Positions 36,936-49,390 of a DNA stretch of 56,402 nt are shown piece after piece. Positions within the stretch are counted from its first letter, which is position 1, and each line of letters opens with the position of its first letter. The notes under the pieces were generated by a model that made no database searches, had not been told where the DNA came from, and was given only the letters and a program-made list of their open reading frames with translations. Source of the stretch: Octopus bimaculoides (lineage: Eukaryota); NCBI RefSeq assembly GCF_001194135.2, contig NC_068983.1, positions 138,667,429 to 138,723,830 of the forward strand. Reading direction: 5' to 3'. The position numbers and the translations under genes are program-made.

Positions 36936-37655
36936 TTAGTTTTTTATGATGACTCACCATTTATTTTCCTGGTACGATGGAAAGTGTCTGCTACCCACAG
37001 CCAGTTGACTAAAGTTACATTTCTTTACTGACCATGCTTCAAGAATCCTGCGGATAAATCTTGCAGTTCCAAGCTACGCTGATTTGTTTTATGGCATTCT
37101 CTCTTTACATTTGTAACAAGCTTTTTGATCTACATTGGTAGTTGTGTGTTGATATTTCATAGCTCGACAATCACCATTGGTATCACGTCGACTATCTTCA
37201 TTGCCAACAGCCTGCATATTTCCCACTTCAGTTTATCATAGCTGTTCACTTTTTATTCATTCTCTTCGATCCTGTTGTCACCTGGACATGCTACGTCGAT
37301 TATCAGAGATATTTTTCTCTTCTCTGTTCACCACAATAATATCAGCTTTTCGATGTGTAATCTGATGGTCACTCTAAATCATCGATCCCCACAGGATTTT
37401 GTAATATTCATTCTCAGTAACTCCCTCTGGAATTTGGTCATACAACGTCTTTGATCTTTGTAGGATTTCCACAGAGCTCTCAATGAGTCATTCTTGCCAT
37501 AATGTTATGTCGTCTTTTGTATTCGCGTTGTACCAATATCAGGCATTCGTTAACAACGTACCATACTGATTAACCCCTCTCAATACACATTCTGAATTTT
37601 TCGTTCTGAGTGTTGTCAATTCTATTCTTCACATAGTGTGTCCTCAAATTATATT
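36936..37655 (-). mobile_element. R4/Dong-clade retrotransposon 3' fragment (zinc knuckle plus restriction-like endonuclease)
   Basis: LRTHYVKNRIDNTQNEKFRMC..VWYVVNEC..QREYKRRHNIMAR..ELCG..PEGVTENEYYKILW..HRKADIIVVN..LIIDVACPGDNRI..KLKWEICRL..VDVIPMVI. Confidence 0.88.
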
Positions 37656-37661
37656 TCCAAA

Positions 37662-37895
37662 GACAAAGATTGGTGTTGTGCTCAAAATTGACAGGATGGA
37701 ATAAGATCCAAGCCTTAAAGACATGAGCGATTGCATCACTTCGTTATAGAATTTGAATCATAAACTGGTAAAATAAAGAACTGATAAATATGGATACCAA
37801 GACACGGAAACTATCGACAGTTCACGGAGCATTCCATCCCAAGAATGACACTGATAGTTTCTACTTGTCCAGAAGAAAGGGCGGGAGAGGTTTAA
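37662..37895 (+). mobile_element. Inverted R4/Dong internal fragment (post-RT region)
   Basis: SKLTGWNKIQALKT*AIASLRY..INW..ELINMDTKTRKLSTVHGAFHPKNDTDSFYLSRRKGGRGL, matching the SKLNG.N...AINT.A...RY..W..EL..D.KTRK....HP.....LY..R..GGRGL motif. Confidence 0.85.
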
Positions 37896-38109
37896 GGGCG
37901 GTATGTAAAAAATGACGTGAAAATTTTGTTGATACATGTGAAGTCTGGTTTCACCAAAATTGATAATTGTGTTAAGAAGAGAAACTTAAAGAGGAAAATC
38001 CCCTTCTCCGAAAAACAAATTGGTTTGGAGATGGCATGGAAAGCCGGTGCTTAGGGCATGGAAGACCGGTGGTTATGGATTCAGAGGAGTGACCATTATT
38101 ATTATTATT

Positions 38110-38712
38110 GTTTTACTTCTCAGAGCGCTCAGTCTTGTTTGCTCTACTTGATGCCGTGAGACCGGATAGCAACTTGTCAAAGGTTTCACAGGTCTCTTCC
38201 CGCACATAAGTTTCGGTAATCGGTTGTTAATTATCATCGAAGACATTCAACACATAAGAACCAATCTTAAAATCGTAGCTATCCCTAGTAGAGCAGTTTT
38301 TTGGGCTTGCTCTGCTCACATGTCAATTCCGATTTCCCTTGCATATTTCTCGAACTTGATTGCCAGTGCTCCGAGTGTCCATACAACTACTAGGCTGACA
38401 GACACGCTTCTCATAGCCCACATTCTTGCAATTTCGTCTTTTAGTAGTCTGTACTTTTCAAACTTTTCTACTTCTTTGTCACTTATGCAAGTATCCCCAG
38501 GTATTGCAATAACTATGATCTTAGTTTCTTTGGCTTCATCACTGTCTGGCCTCCGAACATCGTTTAGGGAGTCACATTAGATTGTGAAATCCCAGACTAT
38601 CCTATACTCCTTGTTTTCAGTGACTTTTGATTCAAGTTCGTACCATTTCTGTGCTCTGTCCAGGCCGTAATTTTCACACAATCTCCACTGAAAAAAACCT
38701 AGCCAAGTTATA
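38110..38712 (-). mobile_element. Second R4/Dong 3' fragment, ending on (TAA)5 at 38095-38109
   Basis: WRLCENYGLDRAQKWYELESKVTENKEYRIVWDFTI..RRPD..KETKIIVIAIPGD..KEVEKFEKYRLLKDEIARMW..LGAL..QKTALLG. Confidence 0.88.
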
Positions 38713-38879
38713 GCGCCACCTTGTTTAGAGCTTGCTAATCTTACTAACAATATGTGAGATTGATCCGTTTTTGCTGTCTTATATCCTACAAAGGGGCGAT
38801 TTGCTGCTCTTAACAATTTAGAACTTGGTGTAATTATATCTGTGAGCCTGTTCCTGGGCGTTAGAACAACGAATTACTC

Positions 38880-39285
38880 CAACAAATTTCTCAATGTTCC
38901 TATAAGTACCTAGATGATAATTACTTTCATAATTTCCCAAATTCGTCTGATGTCATCTTTTAGTGTCATGTACTTTTCAACATTTAGTAGTTCTTTGTCA
39001 TCGACTCATACAATCTTATGTATGGCAATGTCTATGATCTTGGTTTCTTTTCATATTGTGAACAACATATATATCTGGTCTCCAGGCATCAATTACTGAA
39101 TCACACGGCAATGTAAAATCTCACAAGGTCTAATATTCATTATTTTCGGTGAAGCATTTTGGTTTATACTCATACTGTTTTAGGTGATTCAACTTTTCTC
39201 CACTTTTAAAGATGTACCCCAATGTGATAAGTTTTATGCAAATCGCAAACCGTACTTTTCGCACAATCTCCAGTGAATGGTGACA
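38880..39285 (-). mobile_element. Third, more degraded R4/Dong 3' fragment
   Basis: HWRLCEKYG..ENNEY..PCDSVIDA..PDIYVVH..KETKIIDIAI..EKYMTLKDDIRRIW. Confidence 0.7.
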
Positions 39286-41158
39286 GACTATCTTCATGAA
39301 ATATGTCTCCCCTGAGGGAGTAGGCAGGAGATTGACCGGTTCTTTACCACTGCTCTACCTTTTCTAGGGTACTTTTGGCAAAGAAACGTTTCCTCTGTAC
39401 TCATCTACTTCGGGACATTTTTATGCAGTACCCTTGTACTCTATACATGCCTGGACCTCCGATCTTAATTCCTCCAACTATTCAGCATATTTCTTATGAT
39501 TATTTTTTTTATTCCCGTTATTACTACAAAACCTTCTTTAATAACAGATTTCTCACATCTGTTAATTCTTCCTTTCAAGTGCTAATAAACTATTCTGTGA
39601 ACCTGAAGGAGCAGTCTATTGATTTTATTTGCAACAATCTGTTGATCGTATATTGGAACAATCAGTCGATTTATAACTATGTGCAAGCGTATGGGTATGT
39701 GTCTCGGGGTTGGGGAGATGGAGGTGGTGTAAATTTTGTTTCCCTAATCCAGAGGTCATCATTCCTCTGTGCATACTATTTTCTGTAATGGCGTTTGTCA
39801 TAAAAGCTCGTCGGATGTATTGTGTATAATTCCACCCCTAACTTTGTTACACTAATATCGCGCCGATTTGCCCTTGTTTTATGTTAAGTGCACGCATTTG
39901 TTGAACGTGCAATGATTTTAAAGTTATTCAGTGGCTTTCGAAAATCGAAACCGTGAATGAAAAATGTCCACGTCTTCGGAAATAAAGTTAATGAGGAAAG
40001 TAAATTGAAAACGGGTCGAATATATAGTGTGAGGCCTCTCCAGGTCGTATAAATGTGTTTCGAAGCTTAGTGCGGCTAACCGGTGTTTGCCCGTCCATGT
40101 TTCGAAGGCTTCAAAATATAACCTATTAACTAAACATGGCTATATCTTTGTTGATGTTAATATCTGTCCATGTAATTCACGCTAGTTTACTCCGAAATAG
40201 TTCTCAATGCTTATCCCCAAAGATTTGTTATATCACATATGTGGAAGCATTTCAATGTAATTCGGTTAAATTTCCCAGAATTATTATGGAAGTAATTGTT
40301 CATCTACATGGACCTGCAGTTGTGGCAAAATGATTTCTACTATGAAATATTGAATTAGAAACTTGTGAATTCTTACGTTCAAGTATCCTGATTGATTTGT
40401 GTATTCTAATCAAGATACATATTTAAAGAATCTAATTTGAACCAGATATTGAAAATAAGTAGCGGATTTATACAGATCTGACATCTCATTGTTATTATCG
40501 ATCAGAACAAGGTTACAACATATGTCCTTGATTTAAATAGCTTTCTTGTTGCTACGTATCCCAGAGTAGATATTACTGCATAGAAATGCAATGATGTTGT
40601 ATAACCCTAGGTTAACCACAATCGAGCAGAAGAAGAATAAAATGTGTTACAGCTATAGCCATTCCGTTTTCTTTTCAGGTTGAGTGAATCAAATTCTATG
40701 CTATGCAATAAGTCGTTTTCATAAGAAGATAGAATAAATTTGGGAGAGATATGTTTACCGAAATACGACAACTTTAACACGAAATAACTTCGAAAATAGA
40801 AACTTTTTCCAGCAACGGTAAGAGTAAAAGATGTTCTATATGACACATTCTACCAGTATCCGAAGTTTCAAAGTGTTTAGTTAATTAATTCATCGAGTTG
40901 CCCAAGAAAATGAAAAGATCCGATATGTATTTTAAAAAATAGATTCAGAGCAAGACCCCCACTTGGTCGGTCCACCAGTTAGAAATAGTAGTTTACTCTC
41001 CCTTAAATCAAAGTCCGTCTTAAAAATGGACGCATTGACTAATATCTATCTGTGGTATTCTATAAAGTATGCTTCGTTATTACTAGAAAGATTTCGAATA
41101 AGAAGAGAGAGAGAGGGGAGGGGAAATGATTGAGCGAGGTATAGTGCGAGAGTGAATC

Positions 41159-41195
<37 letters not shown>

Positions 41196-42254
41196 GAGAT
41201 TAAACTTAAATAAGATCGTTAGAATAACATTGTATGAAATCGTGCAGATATTAATACTATTAATATGATAGCGTTTGGTGTTCAAATGTTGATAAAGATC
41301 TTGATTGTTACTTTTACTTTTTATTGTACATATTTTCTTATATTTTGCTATGAATAGAGGTAGCGTGGTAAAATGTTACGTAATGCCATATCAAGTAAGT
41401 ACAGATGCTGTGTTTTTATTGCGTAGTAGATCAGAACAATGTCTATTGTACAGTGGTTGGAGTAGTTCCAATATTCCATTCCTTGAAGTCTATATCAAAA
41501 TCAACATTCTCTTTTAAATTTAAACCCTATCGATTATTTTATTTATTACATTCGTCCTGATAGTTCTGTTTACATCAGTTTGGATTCACTTTCTATAAAG
41601 TTTTTGCAAATGTTTTCATTGTTACTGTTTCACAGAAGAACTAAGATAAACTTGTACTGAATAAATTCGTCTTCTATATAGTTTTACTCATGATCTGATT
41701 TGCGTTCAGCATTGTAAACCTTACTTCGATGAATTAAATTTATCTTTCCAGCATATTTGGAGTCAGAGGGAAGCATCTACTTGTTCACACTAATCGCTAG
41801 AAATAGCAGCAGAATCTCAATCAAAACACACATTATCGTCTTACGATGGACGCAGTGGCTGATGTGATGTCATTTGGTGTACACGTTTTTGCAATAAGGA
41901 TGGATTGGTTACAGCTGAAAAGTATTTTGTTATCGAGCTTCTGTATTAGGGAATGCATATAATAAATCATGGGAGCGAAAATCAAATTTATTCAGAACAA
42001 TTCGTTAGCATTGCTTGGGTGTTATGAAAGCATTGTTTATAGCAAACAAGTATGAGAGGATTTTACTCTTCTGTTAGATCTAGTGTAGAAAACAGATTAT
42101 TGTTTTCGCGTAGAGCTAGTGCCAGTAAATATAATTATAATATATATAAACAGAAATGTTAAGTTCTATAAGCACTAAAATTGACAATACCTTAGCTTAT
42201 CCTAAAATTATAAATCTAACTTTCCGTATTTACGTAATAGAATATACTTTTCTA

Positions 42255-42459
42255 CTCTATGCAAAAGGCACGAAATTTGTTGGGTGGGAGACAGTCGATT
42301 AGATGATCCCAGTAAGCAACTGGTACTTAATTTATCAACCCCCAAAGGATGAAAGGCAAAGTCGACCTCGTCGGAATTTGAACTCAGAACGTAACGGCAG
42401 ACGAAATCCCGCTAAGCATTTCTCCCGGCGTGCTAACGTTTCTGCCAGCTCGCCGCCTT
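42255..42459 (-). mobile_element. tRNA-derived SINE, family C (central GTCGACTTTGCCTTTCATCC..GATAAA..AAGTACCAG domain)
   Basis: Minus strand GGCGGCGAGCTGGCAGAAACGTTAGC...GAGTTCAAATTCC (A and B boxes) followed by the central domain. Confidence 0.88.
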
Positions 42460-42529
42460 GCAATGTAATATAATATCTAAATAACAACTTGAGAGGTCGA
42501 TACCAGCTAATTAGAATATTAATACTAGT

Positions 42530-42750
42530 ATCCCTAGTATTTGTTTCAAATTTTGGCACAAGGTCAGTAAATTCGGGGGAGGGGTAAGTCTATTACATTG
42601 ACCACACTGCTCAGTTGGTACTTATTTTATCGTGTCCGAAGAATGAAAGGCAAAGTAGACCTCGGCTGCATTTCAGCTCAGAACGTAAATCGGACGAAAT
42701 GCCGCTAAGCATTTTGCCCTATGTGCTAACGATTCTGCGAGCTCGTCTCC
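42530..42750 (-). mobile_element. tRNA-derived SINE, family C, older copy
   Basis: Colinear with 42255-42459. Confidence 0.8.
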
Positions 42751-42794
42751 TTCCTCGTATCAATAATATTAAGGGATTAACCTGTATAACAGAA

Positions 42795-42875
42795 AATAAT
42801 CGATTTTATTGTCTGAGAATGAAGGACAGAGTCAACTTCAGCAGTGTTGGAACACAGAACGTGAAAAGATACAAA
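42795..42875 (-). mobile_element. Family C SINE fragment
   Basis: GAATGAAGGACAGAGTCAACTTCAGC..GAACACAGAACG is a decayed version of the central domain. Confidence 0.5.
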
Positions 42876-43169
42876 TAAATTCTCCGATACGTTTACTTGG
42901 GTACTATAGAAATTCTGACAATCCAACTTCATAACATGGTTAACGGATGTTCATTTGTTGATCCATAAATCGATGTTAATCTAAACACTTTAATATATGT
43001 TGCAAGGAAATGCAATAATTATAGTTTCTACAGTAAATGAACAATTATTGTTTTCCAGTAATTCATGGAATTGCTGCATTCGTGTTAGTTACGTGAAGTA
43101 GTATGCTACAAAGATATTCTAGTCTTCAATATTACACGGAATCTCCTTTTCTCATCGCTCCTGGTTTGT

Positions 43170-43403
43170 CATATTTATTTCTTTATTGCCTACAGGGGGC
43201 TACACAGAGAGGGGACGAACAAGGACAGACAAAGGGATTAAGTCGATTATATCGACCCATGTGCGTAACTGGTACCTATTTAACCGAATGGACGAAAGGC
43301 AAAGTCGACATCGGCGGAATCTGAGCTCAGAACGCAACAGCAGACAAAATGCCGCCAAGCATTTCACTCGGCGTGCTAACGATTCTGCCAGCTCACCGCC
43401 CTC
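43170..43403 (-). mobile_element. tRNA-derived SINE, family C, variant tail
   Basis: Head and centre colinear with 42255-42459; different 3' tail. Confidence 0.85.
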
Positions 43404-44269
43404 CTTATTTTGTAACATTAACTACAAACTGTGGGGGGGGGGGGGTGCATTCTCTACTAAAATAATATAAACCTGTTTTCTTTTTATTAAGAAAGCCATA
43501 CCATAATTATAACTGATTATATTTTAACTCATTACAATGAAGTTAGAAGTTTATATTAATACACAAGTGCGCTGCACGTAAGCAGAAGTGACATGACATG
43601 GAATATTCATTGTTCCAAGTATTTAGCCTCTCAGGTGTCATATTCGAAGTCATCTTTACGACACAACAATGGAATAAAATAAACAATTATTTTCGCCGAT
43701 TTTTCAATAATTCAATATATTATGAAGCGTCAAAAATTCCGTCGCATTTCTTCGAGGTCGTTACATTTTATATTTTGCATCAGCTATTCAAAACGGTTCC
43801 TAGAATTTTCTATCTCATTTTGTCTGCTTTATGTTTAGTTTTCTTTTTCCCGTGTTTATTCTTTTTGTTAGTTATATTCAACTCTAAGCAAAATAGTTCC
43901 ACATATTTTACGTGTTGGTCTTTTATTGCTGAGCTTTAGATATCACGGTATAATGTATTCTTGCGCTTTCAACATTAAGCAATTGGACCTTTAATAAGTT
44001 TTAGATTCAGTAACTGTATTTCCTTCGTCTAAGTGTATATGTATTTATTAATTTGTTAATTACGTAATTTTTATATTTAAAAACCCATTATAGATATAAT
44101 TAATTCTATTTTGACTATCAGCAACCATCTTAAATTTTAGACTTCTACAAGTCAACTTTCTAAACAGAGATGGACAGTTCCGCAATCATTTAACGTTTGG
44201 GAAACTAGAGATAATCCTCCGGTGCTATCTTATCTCTTTTACTAGCCACAGCCATTTAACTTCCGCCAT

Positions 44270-44641
44270 ACTCGATCATCGCTTTGAGTGGTCTGATCGC
44301 ACAAATCGGCCGATTTATCTTTTATATCTGGCACATATTATATCGGTCTTTAATGCTGTAATTGTTAGGTTAAGCGGTCGTAAACATCACAACATCGGTT
44401 ATGAAGCAGTGGGGGTCATGTGCTAGTACAAAGGTACGCGATCACCACACACACACACACACTCACACATGTACACGACGGAGTACCACACATTTTCTGT
44501 CTACCAAATACATTCGCAAGCCATTGGTCTCTTCGGGGCCATAACAGAAAACACTTAACCGAAATGCCACACAATGGGAGGAACTGCATCTGAAATCATG
44601 TGGTTGCAAAGCGCGCTTCTTATCCTTACAGCCATACCTGT
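44270..44641 (-). mobile_element. Degenerate family B SINE
   Basis: Head 44475-44641, central (CA)n at about 44445-44470, decayed tail to about 44270. Confidence 0.65.
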
Positions 44642-45019
44642 GCTATGAAGGATATCATACAAAACGTTCAATTTCATACAGTCGACCACTGCTATAAGAA
44701 ATGAGGTGATAAATACAGTATAAAAGAATGTATGCAATTTGAACTGTGGAACCTCCGATTTAAAGGGATACAATTTAACAGGATAATCGGCAGCAAAACA
44801 TTTCCTTCTCTCTTGTTCAAGTTTTCTTATTTTAATTCTACATTGAAGGGTTGAATGTGTTGATATTTTATCATTCTATTATGCATATTCCTCTCTTGTT
44901 TAGGAATGTTTATCTATTTATGAAGCGATTTATGAAAATTTCTTTGCATTTCCGTAGCTAAAGAAACGGTTTCAATGGAAAAAAGCTAAATATAAACTTA
45001 ACGTAATTCCATAAACTTC

Positions 45020-45061
45020 CTTTACATACATACATACATACATACATTATACACACTCATG

Positions 45062-45113
<52 letters not shown>

Positions 45114-45200
45114 AACATATAGAGATACATACATACACACATACACACACGCATGCATGCTAAATAATTACATATACATGTACGCACGCACACACACATG
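45020..45200. repeat. TACA/TA/CA compound microsatellite
   Basis: Direct reading. Confidence 0.95.
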
Positions 45201-45797
45201 TATAATATGCGTGATTGTGTGTACGTTTGTGTGTTTATTTGTGTATGTTTATGTCATACTTGTATACATTCATTTTCATTATTCAGAATTCGTAAACAAG
45301 CCTCTAATCCCAACTTACGTTAATTCGATACATCAAAAGAATCCTGCTCACAAAAGAAAGGAAAATATTATTCTACTTGTTTACTTCACGGTTATTCAAA
45401 TCTTAAAAAAAGAAACTGAATATCGGAAAAATATATAAAGCACATCTGAAGCAACATTTTGTATTATTTATAGTCGAATATATTTGTGGATTCTAAATAA
45501 TTATGAATAATCTACCACGTTTTCCACTAGTATATACGAAGGAAATATGTTTCAAATTAATAATGTGTTGATTACTGGTAAATAGGAACTTAATTTCGCG
45601 TTCTATAAAAGCATACCGAAAGTGAAACTTAGCAAAAAAGACAACAGATGATTGCATTTCACTGTAACACAAATGACATGATATACAGAATTCACTGATC
45701 CGTGTTTAAGTTTTGTAAATTTCATACTTTAAACCGTAAATCCAACGTTATAAAATAAATATATCATGAAATGGTAATTTGAAACATTTAAAAGCAC

Positions 45798-45853
<56 letters not shown>

Positions 45854-45974
45854 NNNNNNNNNNNNNNNNNNNNNNNNNNNNNNNNNNNNNNNNNNNNNNN
45901 NNNATACACACACACACGAAATGTTATATTGATTTTTCGTTTGTTTCGGAATTAATGTTCTAATTTAGCTATAA

Positions 45975-46100
45975 GACCCGCAATTTTGACGTGGGTTGGT
46001 TTTAGTCAATTAAGTCGACTCCAGTGCCTGACTAGCTCGTTAACATATCGACTGTGGTTGGATGAAGAGCAAATTTGAATTCGGTGAGATTTAAAATCGG
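45975..46100 (-). mobile_element. Highly decayed family C SINE fragment
   Basis: GTCAATTAAGTCGACTCCAGTG..CTG..GGATGAAGAGCAAA resembles the tail and central domain. Confidence 0.45.
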
Positions 46101-46179
46101 AGTAAAAATAACCGGGAGAAATACTGCACGGCTATTTTTTTTTATATCAAATTCTGTAAATATTCTGCCAGTGCACAGT

Positions 46180-46213
<34 letters not shown>

Positions 46214-46216
<3 letters not shown>

Positions 46217-47465
46217 TCGTCATCATGGCAATCATCATCATCATCATGATTAACATCATCATTTAACATCATTTTCCATGGTAGTATGGGTTGGTCGGTT
46301 TGACTGAGAGCTGGTAAGCCGGGAGCTGCACCAGGTTCCAATCTTATTTGGCATGCTATCTACCGTTCGATGCCCTTCCTAAGGCCAACTACTCAAAGAT
46401 TGTAGTGGGTGCTTTTTACGTGCCAGTTAAGCGACAGTGACATCGGCCACAATTATATCACTTGACTTCGTAGGTCTTCTGAAGTGCGGCATATCACAAA
46501 AGGTCTCTGTCACCTGCCATTGCCTCCAATAAGGCCCAACATTCGAAGATCGTGCTTCACCACCTCGTCCCATGCCTTCACAGGTTCCCTCCAACGCTAG
46601 AGTGCGGCACTTCTTCGCACAACTGCTCTGGTCCATACGTATCACTTGACCATACCAGCGCAAATCGTCTCTCTTGCATACCACATCTGATGCTTCTTGT
46701 GCCCAACGTTTCTCTCAAGACGCTACAATCTGACGTGCATAGACATTGACGTTACACATACAGCGAAGCAAACTAGCTTCATTTCTTTCAACCCTACGCA
46801 TATCCTTGGTCACAGCGCATGCGTCACGGCCGTGTAGCATGGCTGTTCGTACAGAGGCAATGTACAGTCTAACATTCACTCTGAGACAGAGGCCCTTTGT
46901 TACTAATAGAAGTAGCTCTGAACTTTGCCCAGCCTAATCTTATTTTAGCAGCTACGCTCTCGGAGCATCCAGCCACGTTACTAACTTGGTCACCGAGGTA
47001 ACAAAAGTTATCAACTATTTCTAGAATGCCCCACCCCTAACATTTGATGAAGTCTTTTTCTTTACATTTTTAGTGTTTATTCTAATTGTGGACCTTCCAC
47101 ACACAAAAACTATTTTTACTGTTAATCTTCCTCTGATATTGCGACACCTCTTATGCGTCCATAGCTTAAACCGGTTACGTCTTATGGCGTTTCTACCTAC
47201 GCCTTTCTTACAGGTCGAGTTTGGATCATTTACCTGATTTGTCTGCTCTTCTACTTACTAAGATTTTGTTTTCTGTTAGATTAACACTAAGGCCCTTGGA
47301 TTCTAGACCGTGCTTCCACGTCTGAAATTTCTTCTCTAGTTCTGGTAGCAATTTGGCTATAAGAACAAAGTCATCAGCAAAGAGAAGCTCCCACCAGGGA
47401 CAGTCTGTTTTAACCTCTTCTGTTATTGCCTGGAGGACTATGATGAACAAGAGGGTGCTGAGTTA
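46214..47465 (-). mobile_element. 5'-truncated RTE-clade LINE (RT C-terminal half, 3' UTR, ATG-repeat tail)
   Basis: LLFIIVLQAITEEVKTDCPWWELLFADDFVLIA..WKHGLESKGLSVN, EIVDNFCYLGDQV..KIRLGWAKFREL..RLY..VRTAMLHG..ERNEASLLR, LRWYGQVIRM; (CAT)n at 46214-46262. Confidence 0.92.
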
Positions 47466-47699
47466 TCTGACTTCTTATACCCAGAGCATAGCAATAGGAT
47501 ATTGCTGTAATTCAAAAGCTACAAATTCCAGAATCCTCTACACTATACTAAAAACCATTTCCAGACATGCATGCACATATATTACAGGGAAGAACACAAC
47601 TGTAATCTCAGCACACTAACCTAAATCAGTCGTTTTGTCAAGCATTCGGATAGCATTCATATAAATATCAACACTGAGGTGCAATAGAGAACAACAACA

Positions 47700-47726
47700 G
47701 CACAGAGAGAGAGAAAGGGAGAGAGA

Positions 47727-47772
<46 letters not shown>

Positions 47773-47779
47773 GAGAGTA
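47700..47779. repeat. (GA)n microsatellite
   Basis: Direct reading. Confidence 0.95.
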
Positions 47780-47929
47780 GTGCTTTCTAGCTGCCCTTAT
47801 ATGTCCACCATCAGAAACTACTTGTGTAAACAAATAAACCAGACAGTTGAGAGGGTGCAATATATCCACAGTGTCACATACATTACACGACACGTGATCG
47901 GTCACTGCATGACATCTTAATACTAGCTT

Positions 47930-48320
47930 TGGTATTGTGTGGTGTAACTGTACAATAAGGAGTGGACCGTGCAATTTCCTGTAAGTCAGACCGCTTCGTG
48001 ATCTCAACAGGCAAAATTCACAAGGCCTTGCCCCGGAGGATGGTGAGGGTGATGCACTGGAACAACTGCCACTCTGACTCACGGGGCTCGCGTTTGTTGT
48101 CTGTAATCTCCGCCCCAGTAGCTGTGAGCAGGGATATGGACCGGGGTCCGAGAACGTCGAAGGTCTCCTCAAGAAACTGTCCGAGAGCGAACGCTACATT
48201 GACAAATACATCCCAGATGAAGGTGGTGGTTGTGGTGTTGGTGTTGGTGGTGGCGGGGAAATTCCCCTTCTTTTTATGTGTATCAGCAGTGTAGGGAAAT
48301 CATGGTCTACTTGTCAGGAA
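47930..48320 (-). mobile_element. CRE-clade-like non-LTR retrotransposon 3' fragment (restriction-like endonuclease)
   Basis: A frame not in the ORF track, open from about 48297 to 48021: FIWDVFV..EETFDVLGPRSISLLTATGAEITDNKREPRESEWQLFQCITLTILRGKAL, similar to the ETLG..GP....L..IG..I....EPRE...LFQRIS..I.RGNA C-terminus of CRE-type ORFs. Confidence 0.68.
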
Positions 48321-49189
48321 AAGTGTGGACTGTTGATAATTTCTTTTAAACAACAGTCATGTTCTGTAATGTTTTCACTTAGATTAATTTGGTTTAAAAG
48401 TAACCCAAGATAAAGATTTTATTTTTTATTTCCAACGAGACCTGTGAAATTTTAGTTTGGACAGTGATGCATTGCTTTCAAACTGATGCTCAAAAACATA
48501 CTATTGTGAGGGATGTGATATATTATCTATACTTCTAGTCTGAGCAGATTGTTAGAGTCAACTGAATATAGTTTTTTTCTAACTTATCCTAAAACATGAA
48601 ATCTAATGTTTTCTTCTCTCATAATTAGACAATCTTTTATTTTATAAACAATTTGCTCTGAGGCCTTTAATTAATTTCTACGTGGTTTGTGGCTACATAT
48701 ATAACCGAGTTACAGAAAATATTGCAAGCTATTTGAAGGTAAGTGTATAATAGCCACAAAGAATATGATGGTACGTTAAATTATGCAGATACATCTATTT
48801 TATATTTGTTATCGCGGTATGCATTGTGCATGTTACTATCATCTAAAGTAATTAGGTGTTCCACATTCAGAACTAATGTAACAACGTCAATAAATCTATC
48901 GCCATAAATGTACATGCAACTGTCAACTACATTTCCTCCTTTCCTGCTTGTACGGAAGATGACATATTAGTCTGTGAATGCCTGATATGTTATTTGATGA
49001 GAATGTTACCGTATGCGCCATGTATATAGCAGGATATCAAGTGACAATAACTCTGACGGTGATAAATGTTCATTCATCCATCCATTCATTCATATATAGA
49101 TAAGCACATACATAATATTCCCCGTATATAGACACGTCTCAGTAATGAATGGTCTACACCGCTAGTCGCAGTGCACTTCATTGCATTCT

Positions 49190-49390
49190 AGTAGCTTTCG
49201 AATGGTATCATCGCGCTGGTTAGGCCAAGATTATTTCTCAACAGAGCGTCTGTTCGTCGCAGGGTTTACCCAATTGCATCTGAGTAGACTTCAGTGACGT
49301 AAGATGAATCATTTTGCGCCGGTTTGGGAAGCGAAGCTACGATTTTGTGATTGTGAATACAAACTTCTAACCACTAGACAACGCACCTCT
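49190..49390 (-). mobile_element. Decayed tRNA-derived SINE (head similar to family A)
   Basis: Minus strand AGAGGTGCGTTGTCTAGTGGTTAG...CTTCGCTTCCCAAACCGG. Confidence 0.5.

Noticed and set aside
39400-39720. Weak resemblance to a mariner C-terminus
   Set aside because: YSPDL and the catalytic Asp context are not clearly present.
47657-48294. 171-aa (-) and 110-aa (+) ORFs as host genes
   Set aside because: Better explained as alternative frames over the CRE-like fragment and the GA repeat.
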